From assembly GCA_034780895.1 (NCBI GenBank), contig JAUZTB010000057.1, forward strand, positions 5,547,956-5,611,955: DNA of 64,000 nt, written 5' to 3'. The DNA is from Rhynchobatus australiae. Taxonomy: Eukaryota. Numbering within the stretch: position 1 is the stretch's first letter; every line of letters begins with the position of its first letter. A model generated the notes under the pieces. That model had not been told where the DNA came from, searched no databases, and worked only from the letters and a program-made list of their open reading frames with translations. Below are positions 24,906-37,275 of this stretch, in pieces. Position numbers and translations under genes: made by a program.

Positions 24906-26639
24906 CTGGATTCAATGTAAAATATGATAGAAATAATAGGCAAGCATTTTGTCCCTTGTGAAATAAAAGCCATTATGGAACAAATAACAAAAGTAAACAC
25001 ACTGCAAAGACTGTATCAACAGCTACAATAATATGGAGCACTGCATGGGGTGTGAACTCATTCAACACATATCATTTCCATCAATCTGTTTAGAAAGGAA
25101 ATACCTATTACAAGAAATATGCATTTTGTGCATTTGCCCTGTAAATACTACAGTTACCAATGACTCAAAAGTTAACAACTATGTAAATAACAACGATGAG
25201 TTCAATACTCTGGTGGATGCATTCCCACTGCAATTAAGTAACCACAACTATTCCTCTTTAATCCAGTGCATTGTTAATGACTTACAGTGTGATAAATACC
25301 CTTGTATCAAGCTGTGTTAGGCTACTCAGATTGTCCAGTCCAGGCTTCCAGTAATCTTTGGTAATTACTATATGAACACTAATGTGTCTGCCAATTATAC
25401 ACCGCCTCCAGCAAATTCCCTTTGTTTACTCCTTTCCTTGAATGTTCCAACTTTATATGGGTTTCATCTGGTTTCCTCTCGGTCCTGAACTTTTGTGGAC
25501 TTCCCCAATCAGAACAGGAGTTATAAAAATGCCGGTGAATGAAATAAGTACCTCAAAAATTTAAAGGCCTGAGGAAATGTTAATATATTTAGAAAAAAGT
25601 AGATGACCCATTACCTAAGTTGCATAAAGCTGCAGATGGATATCACCACCACCTTCTGGCCAGGAAGATAAAGCTCAATTTAACAAATGGCAGGAACAGT
25701 TTTTAAAAAAAAGTGGTCAGTCTAAATACCTAGGATGCAGAGAGAACAAAACTAGAAACTTGCATCTTTCATATGTTCACTTATTTTTAATCTGTGTACA
25801 TTTCATCTAGGCGGAAAGATAAATGTTGCCTGGTAATGCAACTAAAGCTGGAATTTTAGAACCCAGGTCAAATTCTCCAATTCTCCCCTCCTGGCAATGA
25901 CAGAGAAAAAACAGACTCTTGCTGAATAGTAATTAGCTAACGAACAACACTAATTGCAACCAGAACATGGGTAACAAGGAGCTGTAACTGAAGGTGACTA
26001 GGATAACGATACAGATTCTCTACGTGATCAATATCGAATGAAGGCACAAAGGCTGTTATGTCCGAATCTGCTCAAAGATGACAAATAAAAGTTACAGAGT
26101 AACAGAATTACATGTCAACTCTTCTCTGTACAACTGTAATCAGAAGCTGGGGCAACGATGCGGAACTAGATGAAGCCTGACATGTGGAAATACAAACACA
26201 AGATGAAAGATGTGAAAAATCTGATCGTTTTCATTAGAGCAGTGCAGATTACAGAGTGAAATAATAGGATTTAAAATGATGAAAGGGTTGGGATAGAGTA
26301 GACCGCTGTCAGATGAAGTGTTTGGAAAGAAATAGCATGGAAAAAAACTAAACATTAAATGGTCAGTACAGAAGGCAGGAGAGACGTAGAGTTTTGAGGC
26401 AGTGGAATTTGTCAAGATCAGTGGTTACGGCATGGTTGTAAGGGCGGTCATGAAGGGAACGCTCCCAAGGGCTTGATGTTTAGGAACAGAGAAGTAAATA
26501 TGGTTTGTGTTGGTGTTGGGGAAGGTTGGGCATGGTGGGGTGGGGGGAGGGGAGGCCTTGATATCAAGTGGTGACATAATTGCAAAACTAAATAATCTTG
26601 CCTTAGAAGACCGATGTGGCAGATTCAAAAAAAACTTCA

Positions 26640-27200
26640 ACAAAACCCCACTGGGAGTATTTTATAGGCCTGTAAAAGATGGCATTACTAGAGAAATGAG
26701 GAGCTAATAGCAAAAGGAACCTAATGATCATAGAGACACAAGAGACTGCAGATTCTGCAGTCTGCAGCAACAAACATTTTGTTGGAGGAACTCAGCAGGT
26801 CGAGCAGCATCTGCGGGAGGAATGGAATTGTCAACGTTTCAGGTTGAAACCCTGCATCAGGACTCTAATAATCATAGGGGAATTTATCCTGAATGAGAAA
26901 CAAAAAAAAGTGTCCTATGTTGCTTGGAAGCTGTGTTTAAAGAATGCATTTAGGACAGTTGTTGGTGCCATACATCATGGAACTAATAACAAGATAAGCT
27001 ACTTTAGATCTTGCTCTATGCCATGACAAATGGTCAATGTGTGATCTCATTGACGGGGATCATTGAGGGAAAAGTTATTACAATATGACTGTATTTTACA
27101 TTGGGTTTGAGTGTGACACACCCAAGTTGGAAACTAATGTGAATTATGGAGGTATGAGGGATGGATTGACTAAATTGGGAAATGAGATTAAAAACTGTGT
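26640..27200 (+). mobile_element. Decayed CR1 endonuclease-region fragment, interrupted by the mini-element
   Basis: LGVFYRP motif, IIIG.F on the far side of the insertion, and an LDL-like motif further on. Confidence 0.55.
26734..26864 (-). mobile_element. 131-bp hammerhead-bearing Penelope-type mini-element with 13-bp target-site duplication
   Basis: Flanked by CTAATGATCATAG (26721-26733) and CTAATAATCATAG (26865-26877). Minus strand starts AGTCCTGATGCAGGGTTTCAACCTGAAACGTTGAC, then the shared tail. Confidence 0.75.
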
Positions 27201-27939
27201 GGGTTGATAAACATAGCNNNNNNNNNNNNNNNNNNNNNNNNNNNNNNNNNNNNNNNNNNNNNNNNNNNNNNNNNNNNNNNNNNNNNNNNNNNNNNNNCTG
27301 GTGTCCATGGTCAATCTACTTAATCTATTTTATACCCTCTCCAGAGCCTTCACAGCTTTCATATAATGCTTTGGCTGGAGTTAGATGCAAATACTGTAAC
27401 TGCAGTCAACCAATACAGTGGTTCCACAGAACATCCTTGCTTTTTTTAATTTTACACCTCTATTTTCATTTCTAATGTCTCCAATTTATGAAGCTCAGAA
27501 TGCAGTATTATTTTTTTTAATTGCTTTCTGAAACTGTCCTTGATTTAAGATGATTTTTGTCTTGAACAAATCTGTACTCCCTTTCCTTTCTCAATCCATA
27601 ATGTCCAAATAGCTGCAATCTTTTTCCCTATTAATCACTTCCAGCTTCTTCCCCACCAATGAATGGATTGGTGTAGTTGCTGGATTTTTCTTTGCATCCA
27701 TTTTTGAACAAGTGTGTTGTGTTATTATGTATTGTTATGTAGTTATAATAAAGAACTACAGTTCCCAGTAGGCAATGCATGGGGACCTGGAAGTGTTGCT
27801 AAGGAAGTGAGGCGAGGNNNNNNNNNNNNNNNNNNNNNNNNNNNNNNNNNNNNNNNNNNNNNNNNNNNNNNNNNNNNNNNNNNNNNNNNNNNNNNNNNNN
27901 NNNNNNNNNNNNNNNNNTCCTGTTGTTGTCATAATAATG

Positions 27940-27940
<1 letters not shown>

Positions 27941-27983
<43 letters not shown>
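27941..27983. repeat. (CA)n microsatellite
   Basis: About 21 uninterrupted CA units. Confidence 0.95.
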
Positions 27984-27985
<2 letters not shown>

Positions 27986-28423
27986 GTACTATGTCTTAAA
28001 GGGACATTAACTAAATAGTAACCTAATCCGTAACAGGAGAAACAGAACTGGTTCATAACCCAGGAATGACCTGTAAGGAGAACTGAGAGCAGAGGAGGAC
28101 AGTTATAGGAAGTATTTGGGGAAGGTGAAGTAGAGAGGCTTTGAAAGCTGAAGGCATAGCTGCCAATTTTGGAGCAATTAAAATTGGAGATGTTCACAAA
28201 GTTGGAACTGGAAGAGTCTACATACTCAAAAGATTAAGGTTAGTGCAGTTTGCCGAGATGGAGAGCAGTGATGTTGTGGAGGGATTTGGAATGAATGAAG
28301 CCATTTGTTTTTTTGGACTTCTCTTTGTTGACAGGGTTGTTCTAAGATTGTTATTCTGTTAGGGGGAAAAAGATCTCAATTTACATTGAGTAAAATTATC
28401 AGTTATTTTAAATTTTTTAAAAT

Positions 28424-28660
28424 ATATTTATTTACAGTGTGGTAACAGGCTCTTCCTGCCCAACGAGTCCACACCGCCCATTTTAAACCCATGTTAACCT
28501 ACCCCTACGTCTTTGGAATGTGGAAGGAAACTGGGGCACCCGGAGGAAACCCACACAGACACGGGAGAACGTACAAACTGTTTACAGACAGCGATGGGAA
28601 TCGAACCCCAATCACTGGTGCTGTAATATGGTCATGCTAACCGCTACACTATGTGCCGCC
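28424..28660 (-). mobile_element. tRNA-derived V-SINE, short copy
   Basis: Homologous to 11984-12128, with an A-rich 3' tail near 28424. Confidence 0.8.
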
Positions 28661-28859
28661 ATATTATGGATTCTGAATTGCTGTTTTGCTCCTTACTTAA
28701 ATTTCACAATGCAAATCAAGTCCAGAAGCAGAAACTTTCTTCACTTTTGAGAAGTTCAGAATAAATTGTTTTTTTAACACTTAGCAAGTTTTGCAAGAAC
28801 CACAGTCTGTGGAAATTCCCTTTATTTCCCCAGTGCAATTTCTGTTGTGATGTTTCATT

Positions 28860-29096
28860 CATAGAGTCATAGAGAGATGCACCACAGAAACAGGCCCTTT
28901 GGTCCACTAAGTTTACACTGACCATCAGGTACCCATTTACTCCAATCCTACATTAATCCCCATTTTTTTATTCTTTCCGCATTCTCATAAACTCTTCCCA
29001 GATTCTACTACTTGCCTACACACTTAGGGGCAATTTACAGTTGCAAATTAACCTGCTAATCCACATATCTTTGGGATGCAGGAGGAAACCAGAGTG
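28860..29096 (-). mobile_element. SINE 3' fragment (V-SINE with LINE-like tail)
   Basis: ATAGAGTCATAGAG..ACAGAAACAGGCCCTTTGGTCCA..GGGGCAATTTACAG..TCTTTGGGATGCAGGAGGAAACCAGAG. A related remnant lies at about 13440-13615. Confidence 0.65.
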
Positions 29097-29324
29097 TGTC
29101 ATTATGATAAAGAACTACAGTTCCCAGTTGGCAATGCAAGGGGACCAGGAAGTGACTGTGAGTAAGCAAGCAAGCTGTGTAAACAAACAGGATGAGTTAG
29201 TAGCTCTCTGTTTGCAGCCTGGAGCAGCAGCTGTGCAGTTAAGATGTATTTTGTGTTATATTAAAGAGTTCAGAAGTTAAAACCCATGCCAAGTTTTGTC
29301 TCTTAATGAAGAACAAACATAACA

Positions 29325-30720
29325 GGTGTAACATTTGCAGTTTCCCAGTCCTCCAGCACCACCCTGATGCATTCTGAGCTTCATAAATGAGAAGATTAAT
29401 CCCTCAACAATTTCAATCTCATAAACCTAGGACATGGTGACTAACCCACTTCAAACACAGATGGCACCTTTATCAATTCTTAACCTACCCAATATCTCAA
29501 CTGCCTCCGCTTACTCTAACTTTGGCAGAAACTTTTGGTTAAAACAGATATGAAAGCACCCCTGCAGTCTTTCCGTCACGCGTTCTTTCTCCATGCTAGG
29601 ACCACCTTGGCCTAATCCATTGTTATCCTACCCATTTATTATTTATATACCTACAGAACATCTTTTAATTTTCTTGTCTACCCATAGTCTCTCTTTGCCT
29701 TTATTTCCCCTTCTTAATGTTCCCTCTGGTATTTCTATCTTTGGCCTGATTCTCATTCACACAATCTAGCTGACTTCTGCTATAAAACCCCTTTTTCTGC
29801 TCCATCCCACTCTCTTACTTCCAGCATCCAGGAATTATTGCTGCCCTAACTTTTTTCCTTACTGTTGTAGAGCTAAAACCATATCCAAACCATTTTGAAG
29901 GCCTCCACTTGTTTAATTAGAGCCTTGCCTGCCAAGTTTGATTCCAGTTTACCCTGGCGACAACTGAAAACAGAAAACGTTGGAAGCACCCTTCGGGCAA
30001 ACAACACGAAAAACTGAGTATGTTGGAAGCCTGACATACAAATGGAAAATAATAAAAATGGAAAGAGAAGCAGAGTCTATGACCGTTAATCAGAACTGGG
30101 AAAAGTTAGAAATTAAACATGCTTCAAGGTACAGTGAAGAGGGAGGGGTGAAGTGGTTGCCTCTGACAGAGTGGAGACCAAAGAGAGTGATTAAGACAAA
30201 TGGTGGTGTGTTAACAGAGAGAGGACAGAGAAGACCGGTTAATCACAGATAATCTGCAACAGAAAATGCTGTAAAATACTCATCAGGTCAGGACACAGAT
30301 CCTGGCCAGATCCATTTTCTCCAGTAAAATTGGTAATCTTCCAATTACAAAATGTTCTTGCCCTTTTTCAGATAATCTTAACATTATGACTCTACTACTG
30401 TTTCCAAAAATGTACTTCCATTGAGACTTGCTCTAGTTGACTTCTTTTATTCCTAAACAACAGATCCAGCAATGCCTCCTTGCTAGCTTGGAAGTGTACT
30501 GATAAGACAATGCTCTCCGGAACATATTTCAACAAATCTTCTCTCTACTTTCTCTTAAGACTGTTACTACCCGAATCTTTAGGATAATTGAAGTCCTCCA
30601 TTACCATCATATAAAATTCTTGTCCTCACCATAATTTCCCTTTAAAATTGCTCTGTATTCTCCTCACTATAAGCTGGTCTATAGCTCGCTAATACATCCT
30701 CTTATGACATTGTCGAATTC
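29325..30720 (-). mobile_element. Old CR1-type LINE segment with a nested Penelope-type remnant (about 29960-30297)
   Basis: GTAACATTTGCAGTTTCCCAGTCC and AAGTCCTCCATTACC (reverse of V.GDF). The nested segment has AGAAAATGCTG..ATACTCATCAGGTCAGG. Confidence 0.5.
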
Positions 30721-32049
30721 TGTAACATTTGATTACACTGNNNNNNNNNNNNNNNNNNNNNNNNNNNNNNNNNNNNNNNNNNNNNNNNNNTGTTAAGTTT
30801 TGTTCAGCACTGTGCCAGTGCAGAAACTCTTGTCAGAGTCAAGCCAAAAGGAGAAGAAAACATTTTGTTTTAAAAGGTACTGCATTATTTTGCAGTGGGG
30901 AGATAATTACAGTTTCAAGTTCTGATGCCTGCAGGTCCCAGACTCCTTACGATTTGACTAAATGACTATTGCAGTCATTTAAAATTTTCACATTACACAC
31001 AAGGACTGATGAGCAGAATTGCAGACTTTTGTATTCTTTACTGGAAGCAAATATGTTGCCGTGTCAGCCAGCACGAACATAGTACATGCCCTTGTTACTG
31101 TTGAAAATTATACTGGTGCTTTAGCTGGCTTGAAGAGCCCATTGACAAAAAGGCAAAGAATTAAAAGGGTTTTGATGAGTTAAATGAAGCTTCCAGCAGA
31201 GTGTGATATACTGTGGTCAGCACAGCACCTGCGAAGTATGGGATTTTCAGAAAAATATCATCAGTCATCCATTAGCAGGTTGCTAAGATACAATGAATAA
31301 TTATTGAAGCAAATTTCAATGTAATGTGCCATTCTTAGGCACACATTACTTAGCAAAGGTTAACTAGTAATGAATGGAGGAAACAGAGTCAGTTGTAGAT
31401 GTGCCCTAGAGCATCAAAATCAGTGGTGTACATTTATTTGTTCCATCTCAAAGGGAAAATAAGCAAAGGAGATGTGCAGGAGGAATACTGGGTATGTGCC
31501 TGAATCTAAACAAGAACCGAAGCATCAGTTGGGCTGTGATTTAATTTCCTGACTATCGTCAGCACTCATCTCATCCAATTTTATTGCATTGCGCGGGGGA
31601 GGGGGACAGTGCAGCCAATTAGGTTGCCCGATGTCCTGCTGAGGCAATGGCTTGAATTAATGAGCACAGCTCACATTCACTTACTACCTTGCTTCAATGT
31701 GGGACCTAAACGAGGAGGATCTTTCTCAGTAAAATCCAGCCTCCTGCAGGCTGTTACTATGATGAATGAGACACAGTGCAGTGCATAGTGCCTGCATAGT
31801 GAGACCATTCACTCACTGCATCACTCGCAAGGTCACCTTCAGTATGTGGTCCTTGTAGTTCAGATAAAAGCAAAACAATCTCCAAGTTTTTCCTTCCAAT
31901 AAAAATATGAAAACACTGGAAACGCATGGCAGTGTTGTCAGCAACGGCGAAATAGAAGAGAGATTAAACATTTAAAGGCATGGTTGATTACAGTGGGACT
32001 CCATTGAAGGGCTACTGAATAAAGGGAAGAAGACACATCTCCCCATCTT

Positions 32050-32735
32050 CCACTGCCTCAGCAGTTCTGGTACCAGTCAAGCTTTCAACTGTCACTCTGC
32101 ATGACGTACACAATCTTGTTTGAATGAATGCATATTTCAATCTCTCAGCTGCACCTGTTATAGCAGAAAAGCACAGCTTAGAGCTTGTGCAAATTTTAAA
32201 TTCTGTTGCTGGGTCAACATAAATAACCCTCAACACTGCACCATCTGCCAGAAGCAGCTTACTGTTAAGTTCCTGCAAAGTCCACCTACAGATACAACAG
32301 AGGTTAGTTATACTATATCTCANNNNNNNNNNCTAGTCTGTACAAGGCATTGCTGTTTTTTGCAGCTGACTGATGCCATCCAGAGTTCTGACCAAGAGCT
32401 ACCTCACTTCCACCAATTCAATCATATAATCAATACTGCAGCACCTAATCCTTCAGTAAAATGTGGCTACTTAAAACGCCAGCTTCCGAAGGATTATATT
32501 TTTCCTTTCCTGTGTTCATTAAGTTTGAAGGATACTGGGGCTCCAACACAAGCTTGCATTTGCCATTCAATGTCAGTATTAGTCTAAGGGCAGATGCAAT
32601 CCATACAACTAGGCACTGCCTGGAGGGTTTGCTGCTCATTTGTCTCTCGACTGAGGGAACAAGGAGCCTCCACAAACTTCTTGCAAATAAAGCATCAAAG
32701 ACCTGAATATACCCGTGCCAAGGCTATGAGAACTT
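32050..32735 (-). mobile_element. Decayed hAT-family transposase remnant, copy 1
   Basis: Minus motifs in the expected order: WIASALRLILTL (like HCxAHRLxL), VEVR*LL (like EVRWLS), AITGAAERL..AFIQTRL (like the dimerisation-domain SA..ER.FS). Confidence 0.55.
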
Positions 32736-33309
32736 ACTGTAAGCATAAATTATTTGTCACATGAGTAAAAGAGCAAACCCACATTAGCATACCAACAACT
32801 TTCATTTATAACAATTGGCATCTATGTGGAAGCTGTAATGTTGCAAAGCATGCCGAGATACTACATAGCAGTTTGATCAATAGTGCTTAAGAATGATGAG
32901 CAAAGGCACGGTCAAAAATGTAAGGTTTATGGAGCTTTGTAAAGAGAGGCAGAGTGGTGGAGACATTCCGGAAGGGAATATCCAGAGCTTCAGACCCAGG
33001 TTACCAATGATGGAGTGGTTAAATTTCACATTGACCAAGATACTGGAATTGGAGCAGCAGATATCTTGACAATTGTTTGCCTGGGATTAAAGAAATAGGT
33101 TGGTCTGTATACCTCTGGGTTTTCAGTTTCTGTAGCCCCTTTAATTGCTAATTTTTAAACCCCTTTAGCCTCTAATTTTTTTGTCACTCCGAGAGCTCCA
33201 GCTTTAGATCCCTTCCTTTCTCCCTCAAGGAAATGTGTTGTGTCTATTCCTGAACTATCCACTTAAGATTTCCCTTTGCTCAGTCACTACTTTATTTGCC
33301 AATCATTAC

Positions 33310-33825
33310 TCAGCCAGTGATGTACTTTAGACTGGTTTATGTAAACATTGCAGCATCTGCTAGAAGTATGATTATTAAGTGGCTGCAAAGTCCACCTAGA
33401 GACAAACATAATAAAGATGTTAGTTATAAATATCTCAGCTTTATGTCTGCTCTGTACAAGGCACTGCTGCACTTGCAACTAAAGATGCCATCCAGAATTG
33501 AGCTAGAGACACCTCACTTCCAACAATTCAATCAATTCTCCAGTATCTCATACATCAGTGGCACTCTAGCTGCTTGATACATCTGCTTGTATGTTCCCTT
33601 TTTTTGCGCTCATTATGTTTGAAGGATAGTGGTGCTAAGATATATTAAGGTTACATTTGCCATTCCGTCATTGCTAGACAGTATTAGTCTCAGGGTAGAT
33701 ACACTCCTAACAATAAGGCACAGGCTGGAGGGAGCTCAAGCTCATTTGCTTCACGACAGACAGAACAATTAGCACATATTACACAAACCCCATGAATTCA
33801 TTGGTGCCAAGGCTGTTAGAACCGA
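33310..33825 (-). mobile_element. Decayed hAT-family transposase remnant, copy 2
   Basis: Colinear with 32230-32735: shared blocks CTGCAAAGTCCACCTA, TCTGTACAAGGCA, GATGCCATCCAGA, ACCTCACTTCCA.CAATTCAATCA, CAGTATTAGTCT, GTGCCAAGGCT. Confidence 0.55.
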
Positions 33826-34439
33826 CGGGCTTGGTTGGGCATCTATCCACATAAATCATTTGAAGAGGTTGGGGCCCTGGATGAAGCATTAAGGAGATAA
33901 ATGGTGCACAGAGGACTGGAAAAAAATGAACAGAATTAGAATGGAGGATATTTCATACTTGAGAGGAATCAGATAGGGAAGAAATGCAAACCAGTTTAAA
34001 ATGAATATATGGCAAGTAAATTTGGTGAACTGCAGGAATAAGCTGCCATATTGATTACATCCCTTTACAATGTATTGAATTCAACCTCAACCATCTGAAC
34101 ACTTTCCAGATTTTGTTTCTGCTGTTCCTTTTCCATCATGATTCTAAAGCTGACTGTGACGTGATTAGTTTCCCAAACACTTTCCCAAAGAAACATATGC
34201 AACTCGCCCCACTTCATCCCTGGAACTAAATACAGAACTGCCTCATTGGTGAAACAAACAGATCCAGAAAACTCCCAGCCACTTTTTTTTTAGAAATCTT
34301 CCTTGTTTTCCTTTACACTGTTATTTTCCTACTATAATTTGAAATAACTGAAGATTTTTTTTGTCATAAAGTTTTTGACGTTGTTCTGCAATCCTTTGTG
34401 GTGGAGTAACAGTAACTTTGATCAATATTGTCACGTGAA

Positions 34440-34685
34440 ACCACTTTTCTTGATTCTGTCCACCCTATCTATGCCTCTCATAATTTTATAAACTTCTATC
34501 AGGTCTCTGCTCAGCCTCCAATGTTCCAGAGAAAACAAGCCAAGTTTGTCTAACCTCTCCTTATCACTCATACCCTCTATCCAGGAGGCATCCTGGTAAA
34601 CCTCTTCTGCACTCTTTCCAAAGCCTCCACATCCTTCCTGTAATGGGGTGACCAGAATTGCACACAGTACTCCAGGTGTGGCTTA
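34440..34685 (-). mobile_element. CR1-type LINE fragment
   Basis: Reverse complement encodes PHLEYCVQFWSP..RKDVEALE.VQKRFTRM...DLIEVYKIMRGIDRVD. Confidence 0.85.
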
Positions 34686-35549
34686 AGTGCCCTCTAATTA
34701 GAAAATATTAAAGCACAAAGAAGATAGAGGGTAGAGAAAGATTTAGGAGATTAATTGTATTTTTAGACAGTGGGGATGTGGATAGGCCAAGTCAACAAAT
34801 GTTCAAATTCAAACAATGTCAGAGCTCCTTAGCATTGCTTTTGACAAACATTGGTGAAGTCAGCAGAGAAAAAGTCTAAATCTGATTAGCATAACACTCA
34901 GAATTTATAAACAAATGCTGAAGACTACAACAAAGACAGATAAATTCAACAAGACCTGTTATATTTTAATCCCAAGTAACTCAAGGAAGCTAAAATGAGC
35001 ATGAACATTGAAATGAACATTCAACCTATACCCACCTCAGCTCTGGAATGAGGAGGGGGGTAAACTGTAATGGAGGATCTGCTGAAAATTGGGTTTCACA
35101 GTGGACAATAGACATTGGTTTAATTGGATAAGGAAATGGAGAGCTTAAAGACGTCATCAATGCTGTGAAATGAAGGGGTGGAAGCAGTTGATGGAGTTGG
35201 AACGATTTTGTTTTCTGGGAAATCAGATTTGAAGAACTGTGATTTTTCAGGATAAAAACAAACAGCGGTAACAGCAGAAAGTTATTTTTAAAAGAAAGGA
35301 AGAAAATAAAGAAAAAGATGCATTTAGGTTTCCTCTTGTTATGTCCTTCGAACATTAACAAATTATTTTTGAGTGTATTTTCAGCTTTTGACACAGCAAG
35401 GTTCCATAAATTACAAATTAACACAGTTAATCTGGAAGGAATGAATGAAATTGATTCTTTCTAACTTTGAATTATTCTGCCTTGATTATTTCCATGAGAT
35501 CCGATAAATTTCATCTGTCACAAGAACATGCAGGTAACAGGACCTCAGT

Positions 35550-35715
35550 CACTCATTTCTCTGCAACTGTAACACTTTATTCTGCATTCTGTTATTGTTT
35601 TACCTTGTATTACCTCAATGCACCATTGTAATGAATTGATCTGTATGAAGGGTATGCAAGACAAGTTTTTCACTGTACCTCGGTACATGTTACAATAATA
35701 AACCAGTGTACCAAT
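35550..35715 (+). mobile_element. Rex1/Babar-type 3' tail
   Basis: Matches 11140-11290 (CTGTAACACTTTATTCTGCATT...GTACCTCGGTACATG..AATAAACC). Confidence 0.75.
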
Positions 35716-36429
35716 TTAACATTTTACCTAAAGATGCAGTGTACACCAAGGCTGGCCAAAATAAAATCCTTTAATTGCTCAAGGGCAAAGAATATTCCTG
35801 GATTTGGTTTAAAGCTACAAGGAATTAAGAGCAATAATCTCATATGTTGCAAAAGCAAGATTTAATATTTCACTATCCATTCTCCAAGAATACTAGAAAA
35901 AATGCAGTGCCCATCTAATTCCTTCAGTGAGCAAAACAGAACTAGTTGCTTCTTTGTCAATTATTGCACTGTCGAAGAAATTATTGTAAACCTCTAAAAC
36001 AGTTTTGGGAATACATTTATGCTAACCATGGATGTCAGTAACTTTCTAAAGGAGGTTTAAACGTGGTGCTTCTAAGATCAAATTGAACCAAACACAGGGC
36101 TGATGACATGGTACAGAACCATGTAAATCCTTTCTACCGCACACAGATGTAACTGCAGCTTTGCAGAGAGATGACTCAAGCTGGGTCAAGAGAAGCTTAA
36201 TTAACAGATGAACAACTGGCTCACAGTCTTCAGCAGCAACAGCTGCCGTGTGAGCCTCAAAATTTCCTTGAACTATTTCATGATAATTAGACAGATTGCA
36301 TGCTGTGTAGAAAATTATACAGAAGGATTAATGCCATATTTTTCTGTGATTGTTGTAGATTCCTAATATCCAAAAGAGCTGGTCTGACAACTCAAGGTAT
36401 ACAACAATGCAAGCCTGTGGGGATAGTGC

Positions 36430-36790
36430 TGGGGATGGCAGTTAAGTTACTGGACTAGTGGTCAAAGCCTTGAACCACTGATCTACAGGATAAGTTTGAA
36501 TACCCCATGGTAGCTGGGAAATTGAAATTCAGGTAGGTACATGAACCTGGAATTAAAGTTTCCTGAGTAACCATGAAGCTGTCAGATTGTTGCAAAAATT
36601 GATCTGGTTCACTAATTGTCTTTCAGGGAAGTAAATTTGCTGTCCTTCTAGTCTAACCTATATGTGCCTCCAAAGCTACCAATATGATTGACTCTTATCA
36701 GCCTCCTCTGTTCAGATATGTTTAGGGAGGGATAATAAGTAATTGGTTGCATTGCCAGCAACATCCTCAGCCCATGAATAACTAAATCTG
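36430..36790 (+). mobile_element. Old tRNA-derived SINE with CR1-like tail; related inverted copy at about 49450-49790
   Basis: TTACTGGACTAGT..AGTTTGAATACCCCATGGTAGCTGG..CCATGAAGCTGTCAGATTGTT..CTGGTTCACTAAT..TTGCCAGCAACAT..CCCATGAATA. Confidence 0.55.
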
Positions 36791-36844
36791 GTAGCAAGGG
36801 TTACATGCTCACAATCAGCCATCTCAATCAGCTGATATTAATAG

Positions 36845-37275
36845 GAGACAAAAACATAAAAGAGACTGCAGATGCAGGAAACTAGAACAAAAAAAAAACA
36901 CTGGAAGAACTCATTGGGTCAAGGAACATCTGTGGAGGCAACTAGGGTATCAACATGTCAGGTTGCCAGTATATAGCAGTATTTAGGGGATGGATAGAGG
37001 CAGGGATGTGATGGGTGGAACCATACGGGGAGGGAGTGATGGGCAGATCAAACCAGTTAGGGAGAGGGCATGGGGAGGATGAACAAAGAGAGAAGAAAAC
37101 AAGGTGGACATGCGAGTCTGTCTGGGTGGAGAACACAGGAGGTGTGGCTTATCCGAAAGTGGAAAATTCAATATTCGTACCATTGGATTTGTTAGCTACC
37201 CAAGCAGAATATGAGATTTTGTTCTTCCAGTCCGCGTTTAGCCTCCCTGTACCACTGGAGAAGGCCGAGGACAGA
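36845..37275 (-). mobile_element. Penelope-like element 3' end (endonuclease C-terminus and pLTR; hammerhead core deleted)
   Basis: Minus strand GLEEQNLIFCLGS...NIEFSTF, homologous to 60275-60363, followed by a pyrimidine tract and the shared tail. Confidence 0.7.

Larger units (their letters stand above)
27715..29324 (+). mobile_element. Block bounded by two related LTR-like repeats (about 27715-27980 and 29097-29324), inserted in a CR1
   Basis: Both repeats share ATAAAGAACTACAGTTCCCAGT.GGCAATGCA.GGGGACC.GGAAGTG. Block termini are TGTTGTG...CATAACA, with flanks AGTG and GGTG. Confidence 0.55.
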
